From the IMG/VR virus record IMGVR_UViG_2162886007_000107, positions 62,001 through 126,000 of that record: DNA of 64,000 nucleotides. One strand, written 5' to 3'. How positions within the stretch are numbered: position 1 is the first letter of the stretch; each line of letters starts with the position of its first letter. Shown here piece after piece: positions 58,209-64,000 of this stretch. The position numbers were made by a program, and so were the translations under genes. The notes beneath the pieces are model-generated. The model was not told the origin of the DNA, made no database searches, and saw only the letters and a list, made by a program, of their open reading frames with translations.

Positions 58209-59726
58209 ATGCTTCTTAAATCAACTGTAATGTCCATGGAAGACTACAAGACGTTCTCGCGTCCTGCGGTCATGGATTCGTTGCATCGAGTGCTTAAGTT
58301 CTACGGCTTGGAAAGTTCTGCTGATATCTACTACAACGAGGATAATGACTTCACTCCTCTAGTGGGTAGCTTTAAACGTGACCAGGTTCGTACCAACACT
58401 TTCACCGATGGCATTTGGCGTAACAAGATCTTCATCATTCCTGAGTGGGAAGAAAGTCAACACAACTCAGGCTACAGTAACCAACGTCGGGAAATGACTG
58501 AACGACCAGTATGGATGACGGATGATGAACAGCCTTTCATGATCTACCCGTCTTTGTCTGGGTTGAAAGTAACGGTTGGCGTCGTAGCTGGATTTAACAG
58601 CAGTAAAAGTGCTGACCAGTTCCGTCGTCGTATTAACCGCCTGCAAAGTAACCAGGTAGTAGCGATGAACTTCAGCGCTTCTGGTCACTTGGTGGTTAAC
58701 CCTGCGATTATCGATCTTCTTACCAACGTGCACTCATTGCACAAGAAGAACGATCCAACTACCCCAGACTTCCCCGAATGGTTCCAGAAATATCGTAAGG
58801 TTCCATTCACTGCTGCAAGTGATGCTTCCGGTAAGAACAAGTTGTTGGTTGTTCCTATCGTGATGAATGAGCTGGGGATTTACTTCACAGAACCCACAGT
58901 TAAGAAGAGCAGGAATGCAGCAACCGTGGGGATGTACGAAGTAGAGTTTGGTTACTACTTCTACTGGAAACAGTTCGACGGCTGGGAACTGGAATACCCA
59001 CTGAACGTGTATCAGGATGAGATCGATCCAATCTGGATTCCTCGCCCAGATGAACAATACACCAAGTCGTTTGATGTACGAGTCAATCCTGAGATGGCTT
59101 TTGCTAAGGCACTCACTGATACTCGTCATCTCAATGCTCCTTACTACTTGCGGCTTCCAAATCACGATCCTTGGAAGATGCCAGGACTGTGGTGGGTGCA
59201 ACCTGTTATCCAGGCAAGGCTGGCGGTAGACAACGTAGAAAGACAGGAACTCTGCAATATCTTCCAGATCCCTGGATGGAAATGGAGTGACCTGGCTAAG
59301 CGATATATCCTACGTCGTCGCACCGAAGCCTTCCGTCAGTTCAATACGCCGTTCCTGGTGACCGTATGGTCGAATGACATCCGCGTTTATCCAGAACATC
59401 TGGAGATGGATGAGAATGGTGGCGTATGGCTCCTGAGAGCCCCTGAGATGCGTAATACGTATCGAATAGTGGTAACGGTTGATTATGCCGTTCGCGACTA
59501 CACAGGAAGCTTCTGGACGGATCTGGCGCATAATCCTGATGACGAGGAAATCCTGCCTACTCTGTTCCCTGGATTTGACTGGGCTAACCTGGACAAGCCT
59601 TGGGCCGATAAGGAAGTAGAAATTCGTAAAGGCATTGATAAGGGTCGCGGTATTGCCGGTCCTGACTTCAATGGCTACATGATGAGACTCGGTCTCCACG
59701 CACACGTACTCCTTGAGAAGGAATAA
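58209..59726 (+). CDS. virion structural protein (phiKZ gp98-like, possibly neck)
   Basis: GAGG RBS; synteny. Confidence 0.6.
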   Translation: MLLKSTVMSMEDYKTFSRPAVMDSLHRVLKFYGLESSADIYYNEDNDFTPLVGSFKRDQVRTNTFTDGIWRNKIFIIPEWEESQHNSGYSNQRREMTERPVWMTDDEQPFMIYPSLSGLKVTVGVVAGFNSSKSADQFRRRINRLQSNQVVAMNFSASGHLVVNPAIIDLLTNVHSLHKKNDPTTPDFPEWFQKYRKVPFTAASDASGKNKLLVVPIVMNELGIYFTEPTVKKSRNAATVGMYEVEFGYYFYWKQFDGWELEYPLNVYQDEIDPIWIPRPDEQYTKSFDVRVNPEMAFAKALTDTRHLNAPYYLRLPNHDPWKMPGLWWVQPVIQARLAVDNVERQELCNIFQIPGWKWSDLAKRYILRRRTEAFRQFNTPFLVTVWSNDIRVYPEHLEMDENGGVWLLRAPEMRNTYRIVVTVDYAVRDYTGSFWTDLAHNPDDEEILPTLFPGFDWANLDKPWADKEVEIRKGIDKGRGIAGPDFNGYMMRLGLHAHVLLEKE

Positions 59727-59729
59727 GTT

Positions 59730-61028
59730 ATGCCACTTGCTATTGGCCCTTTGGGGCATGACCAGGTACCGGAACCAGAAACACCTGGTCTGTATTCCAA
59801 ACAGTACCGTCACTCGATTGTTGTCAGCACCTATCAGCCTGAGACTTCAATGCTCAGCATGGTGCAGGGTACTCCAATCGAAGTCGAGTACTACCGTCAA
59901 CGTTTGGAGCGGGATGAACTTCCTACTCCATTCGACCCTGATGACGCTGCTACTTATCAGTCGTATGACCGGATCAAACATCTGATCATCAAGAAGGAAG
60001 GTTCTGGGTCGTTTAACTTCGATCCACAAACCGGCCAGTCTGATAAGAAATACAGTGCCTACGTGGCATTCGATAAACCACCAATCAAATTCGACGTGTT
60101 CGTTCTTGATATCGGCGATGGTAACGCTGGTCTGGCTCAAATCTTTGATCCACCAGAGATCCCAGAGTTCACCGCCAACAAGGTTTACAAGATCAACTTC
60201 CAGATCGTCGGTATTCTTACTGAACAGATCTTCAACGAACTGGAGCGGCGTACTCAAGAAGAATGGGTCTATTCCAAAGACTCGGCTTTGATGGGCGGTG
60301 TGTCTATTGTTACTCCCCAAGACTTCGATATGGAAGGGGAGCTGTTCCAGTGGCGTACCACTATCGCTAACTGGATCATGAAGAACTTCTGGTGGAACCC
60401 TGAGCGAACCATTGCTTTCCCTCTCAAGGATGGTGGTGAGAAGAACTCCATGGTTTACGACCAGTATCTGGTAAAGTTCATTAACGCGGTGTTCGAACCA
60501 GACCTGCGTACGACCTACCCGATCATCCACATGTTCAGTACTCAGTACGGTGGTCGTGATTTCGGTATGAACGGGACCATCAACATCTGGGACGTTCTGT
60601 TGTATGGTGATTGGAATCTGTTGAGTCAATGTACAAACGAAGCCACTGTGATCGGTACTAACCGTCTGGTGAATACTCGTTTGTACGGTAACCTGCGTTC
60701 CAGTAAGTTCGAGTGGTTCGTTACCACCGATCCGAAAGAGTACAAGCTTTATCACGAATACTTCAACATGGACGGGTATCCGATTCTTCGCCCAAGTCCA
60801 GAGAAGAAGATCACGTACTTGTTCTCTGAGGAATTCTACAAAGGCAACCCGCAAGATGAGTTCGAGAAACTGATTGTCGATGTTCTCAAAAAGAGAATCG
60901 TTCCTCGTGATCGTCTGCTGGCTTATTGCAAAACTTACTTCTCTCTGGAACGTTTGGATCAGCTCTACCACGGAGCAATCTTGGTAATGCTCATTCAAGC
61001 TAGCAGGAGATTCGGAGTACCGTCATGA
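59730..61028 (+). CDS. virion structural protein (phiKZ gp99-like, possibly neck)
   Basis: VEYYRQ...TYQSY..I pattern; synteny. Confidence 0.6.
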   Translation: MPLAIGPLGHDQVPEPETPGLYSKQYRHSIVVSTYQPETSMLSMVQGTPIEVEYYRQRLERDELPTPFDPDDAATYQSYDRIKHLIIKKEGSGSFNFDPQTGQSDKKYSAYVAFDKPPIKFDVFVLDIGDGNAGLAQIFDPPEIPEFTANKVYKINFQIVGILTEQIFNELERRTQEEWVYSKDSALMGGVSIVTPQDFDMEGELFQWRTTIANWIMKNFWWNPERTIAFPLKDGGEKNSMVYDQYLVKFINAVFEPDLRTTYPIIHMFSTQYGGRDFGMNGTINIWDVLLYGDWNLLSQCTNEATVIGTNRLVNTRLYGNLRSSKFEWFVTTDPKEYKLYHEYFNMDGYPILRPSPEKKITYLFSEEFYKGNPQDEFEKLIVDVLKKRIVPRDRLLAYCKTYFSLERLDQLYHGAILVMLIQASRRFGVPS

Positions 61029-61771
61029 GCATGAACTTCACCCGCTACGACGCAGTTCGGAAACGGCTGATTGAACTCTACAACCTCCTCAACCACAAAG
61101 TGTATCGAGTATGGATTGCTCCAGAGAAGTTGATGACTCTGGACCAACTCCGTAGCCGACCCACTTACCACCAAGAAGGTTTCGCTAACGATACCAACTA
61201 CTACTCTGAGAAACAGATGCGTAGTTACAAGCTTCCTCGGATGATTGATCTGATGGAGAACCTGGAGTCGTACCGAGACCTTACCTTCGAGAAACCTACA
61301 GCCAGCATCATTGAGCTGTACGAAGGTATCCAAGAATGGATCAGCCTGTGGTGCGATATCATGCGGAATCTACCGGACATGAAACACCCGGTACTTTCTG
61401 AACTTCGGAAGATCGAGAACTTTGCGTACTTGATCTTTCCAGAGTACAAACGCATGAAGCCATACCAGAACAAACTGGCTAACAGCAAGGCAGCTTTGGA
61501 AGCCAATCTCGTGCATGACAAGGGCTTGGCTACTCTGGCTTCGTTGTTTGGTATGAACAGCACCATGGGCGGTGGTTACAAATCTGAAAGCATTAGCTGG
61601 TACAGCCATCTGGATGCTTTGATCCCAGATAGCCAGCAGTACGCCGATGCGTTTGACCCAGGCGCGCTGTTGCGTATCTCTGATGGCTTCAAGGCCTTGG
61701 GTGAGGATAGTCTCGCCCACATGGACAACGGCATGAACCATAACCCTAACTGGATATTTAACGCAGGTTAA
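61025..61771 (+). CDS. conserved hypothetical protein (phiKZ gp100-like)
   Basis: ATGA overlap; synteny. Confidence 0.65.
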   Translation: MSMNFTRYDAVRKRLIELYNLLNHKVYRVWIAPEKLMTLDQLRSRPTYHQEGFANDTNYYSEKQMRSYKLPRMIDLMENLESYRDLTFEKPTASIIELYEGIQEWISLWCDIMRNLPDMKHPVLSELRKIENFAYLIFPEYKRMKPYQNKLANSKAALEANLVHDKGLATLASLFGMNSTMGGGYKSESISWYSHLDALIPDSQQYADAFDPGALLRISDGFKALGEDSLAHMDNGMNHNPNWIFNAG

Positions 61772-61773
61772 AG

Positions 61774-63111
61774 ATGGAATCACCACGCTCGTTACAGAAC
61801 CTTATCGAGTTCGTGAATCATGTTGAGGCAACTCAACGCAACGAACGTCTTTTCAACATGGAGGCTACGGCAATCACCCCGGAAGCCCAGATACCTCTTA
61901 TCATCCCCAATGCATTTGCAAGGATGTGTAGTTTTGTAACAGGGCGTAGTGACGACATGCGACTGCGTGCACAAATCCAGCCGGGCGTGTACAGCAAACA
62001 GATCCAACCCTTTCGCGACGACCTCATGATTGAGATTGTAGAGCGTCAGGGTTTCGGTCAAGTCATGAAGAAGTATCGGGCCATTCCAATGAGTGGCAGC
62101 GACCCTGAACTGGAAGGTAACCACACTGCATTGGCTAACCTCATGGCCAATGACCACTTGAACATGGTTAGTGTGGACTTTCAGTTGTTTGAAATGGGCT
62201 TTGCCAAATTCCGTAACGCCCCAGCAAGTGACATCTTCTTGATGGCTAAGCTGGAAGACGTATTCCACGACAAGCTGTCTGAATTCGGCGAGACTCTAAA
62301 CCTTACCGGACCAGACTCTTGGAAAGGAGTTGATGTAGAGCAACCTGTAGACAACGACCGCATATTTAAGCAGGTGGTAATCCCGGCTAGTGTGCGTCTT
62401 ATTGATTTGGGGGACTACCTTCAGAACGATGAGAAGTTTGGTGTGTACAACACTGGATTGGGGTTGTATTACAGGAAGGGCTTGTGGCGCATCTATCCCC
62501 TCTACAGGGACGGACGTTATGAAAAGGCACGTAGGGTACTAAACATCTACAGACTGCCTGAGAACGCGTTTCCAACGCTTCACAACACATGGATTGAAGA
62601 CGAGAAGAGTATCACTATCTTCTCCACGGGTAAAAGTACCAACAACGACGATACGGACATCGATCGTCAGACTCATGGCGTTGGTCAGCGGGTAATTGCT
62701 GCAGATGCTGTGATGGGTGAAACTGGGCGCTACTACAACAAGGGTGTGGCGGTTACTACTCGTGAGGATAGTCTCTCTGAGTTCAAAACAGTTAACCGTA
62801 AGTCTGGGGAAGAATGGATTCCATTGGACCCTACTCCAACCAGTAACCTTGGTAAGCGTTTAACCAAGAATGCGGAGAACGATACCTCGGTTACTACAGT
62901 GCCTTGGCATAACTCCGATGCACTGAAGATCGATCCTGGGATGCCCCTGCGTTTCTTCTACATGCGTGGTGACATTCTTGTTTACAAGGAGGGTAGTGTG
63001 GCCGGTCTGTTGAGTAAGTACCAAATGGATACTGAAAGTGTTCAACCAGTATTCAGGGAACACTCGGTTATTACCTTGACCATCAACAGTCAGGAGTACG
63101 TCGTCAAGTAA
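61774..63111 (+). CDS. virion structural protein, probably baseplate hub (phiKZ gp101-like)
   Basis: GVYNTGLGLYY and W..SDALKIDPGMP segments; synteny. Confidence 0.6.
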   Translation: MESPRSLQNLIEFVNHVEATQRNERLFNMEATAITPEAQIPLIIPNAFARMCSFVTGRSDDMRLRAQIQPGVYSKQIQPFRDDLMIEIVERQGFGQVMKKYRAIPMSGSDPELEGNHTALANLMANDHLNMVSVDFQLFEMGFAKFRNAPASDIFLMAKLEDVFHDKLSEFGETLNLTGPDSWKGVDVEQPVDNDRIFKQVVIPASVRLIDLGDYLQNDEKFGVYNTGLGLYYRKGLWRIYPLYRDGRYEKARRVLNIYRLPENAFPTLHNTWIEDEKSITIFSTGKSTNNDDTDIDRQTHGVGQRVIAADAVMGETGRYYNKGVAVTTREDSLSEFKTVNRKSGEEWIPLDPTPTSNLGKRLTKNAENDTSVTTVPWHNSDALKIDPGMPLRFFYMRGDILVYKEGSVAGLLSKYQMDTESVQPVFREHSVITLTINSQEYVVK

Positions 63112-63243
63112 AAGTCCACTGGAGGTTTGCTCTTATACACTACTAGAAAACTGTCTGCGGAAGCGGGTGGGGAGATCCCTTCCTTATTTCTGCAACCTAG
63201 TGGAGCGTAAGCGACCTCCTTCTTCTTGTATCGAGTAATCACA

Positions 63244-63549
63244 ATGGAAAAGCCAGATCTTCAAACCATGTTGAACCTTGCTTCTAAAGCTTATACCGAA
63301 GCTTTGCAGGAAGGCATTATCTCTACTGTTGAGGTTGGCGACCGTGTCAACAAATCTCTGGAAGACTACATCAAAGGCGGAGACTTTCCTCCAACCACCG
63401 CCTACAAGTTTTCTATTCAGGGTGATGGTGAAGGGAACGTTATCAAGAATGGTGTGGTGAAGGCTCACTTCCTTGGTGGTGGCTTGAACATTGAAATTGT
63501 TGAAGAACATATTACCTTTCGTAACACCCAACCATCTTTAACTAATTAA
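63244..63549 (+). CDS. hypothetical protein
   Basis: Likely ATG start at 63244. Confidence 0.6.
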   Translation: MEKPDLQTMLNLASKAYTEALQEGIISTVEVGDRVNKSLEDYIKGGDFPPTTAYKFSIQGDGEGNVIKNGVVKAHFLGGGLNIEIVEEHITFRNTQPSLTN

Positions 63550-63561
63550 TGGAATATCCCG

Positions 63562-64000
63562 ATGCAACAAGACAACGTTAAAGAAGCACTGTGCCAAGAA
63601 CTTTGTGGTTATGCGATGCTCGGCCTGCACAAGTGCCATGAGAAGAATTGGCAGTCGTCCAAATACGCAGCCAAAGTTATCAAGCACGAAGTAAAGACTC
63701 AGGCTATTCTCAACAACTCCCAGCTCAAAGGAGTGCAGTTGGGGATTGCTATTGAAGAGATGTCTCCAGGCATCATGGCCCCTGCTTGTGAAGTTACTGT
63801 AAAGTGCGTTAGCAAAGATAATTTCATCATCTACCTGGTATCGAAAGCCCCAACGGCAACCACTCATGTGGAAGATACGATCGTGGATGAACCAGAACCT
63901 CTGGAACCTTACGAAGGAACTCCAAAGGCTGCTCCACAAATGCGCATGCTGCGTAGCCACATTCCTTTCCAAACCAATCCGGCTGAAGACAAACTCATCG
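63562..64000 (+). CDS. hypothetical protein (partial, runs off the window)
   Basis: Open from ATG 63562 (MQQDNVKEALCQEL...) to the window end; absent from the ORF track. Confidence 0.6.
   Translation, partial: MQQDNVKEALCQELCGYAMLGLHKCHEKNWQSSKYAAKVIKHEVKTQAILNNSQLKGVQLGIAIEEMSPGIMAPACEVTVKCVSKDNFIIYLVSKAPTATTHVEDTIVDEPEPLEPYEGTPKAAPQMRMLRSHIPFQTNPAEDKLI

Noticed and set aside
1-64000. CRISPR array, transposase, integrase, intein or homing endonuclease
   Set aside because: No regularly spaced direct repeats or diagnostic protein motifs were seen
1-64000. Alternative genetic code or stop-codon readthrough
   Set aside because: Core genes are full length under the standard code, all three stops are used, and no suppressor tRNA is present

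Overview
This window comes from a nucleus-forming, phiKZ-related jumbo bacteriophage (Chimalliviridae). The evidence is the conserved core gene order: PhuZ tubulin, the catalytic half of a split family-B DNA polymerase, chimallin (ChmA), non-virion RNAP subunits (beta'-N with NADFDGD, gp68-like, beta-C, beta'-C), an SbcD/Mre11 nuclease, ChmC-like and PicA/Imp1-like genes, an SF2 helicase, virion RNAP beta'-C, the exonuclease half of the polymerase, and a long virion head/inner-body/neck/baseplate block. The first ~2.6 kb is non-coding and holds four canonical tRNAs (Tyr, Asp, Trp, Asn), two tandem tRNA-like RNAs with aberrant anticodon arms, and many long-range helices that look like discrete structured RNAs. 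The most interesting signals are: (1) a probable programmed -1 frameshift (T-TTT-TTT, 36648-36654) fusing the 567-aa ORF at 35035 to a downstream ORF lacking a good start, a tail-chaperone G/GT-like arrangement; (2) the tRNA mimics and the structured-RNA array; (3) a GLGG low-complexity tail in the gene next to the PicA-like import factor; (4) a GxE-cleaved head-protein paralog family. All phiKZ gp numbers are assigned from recalled synteny and motifs, not from database searches.
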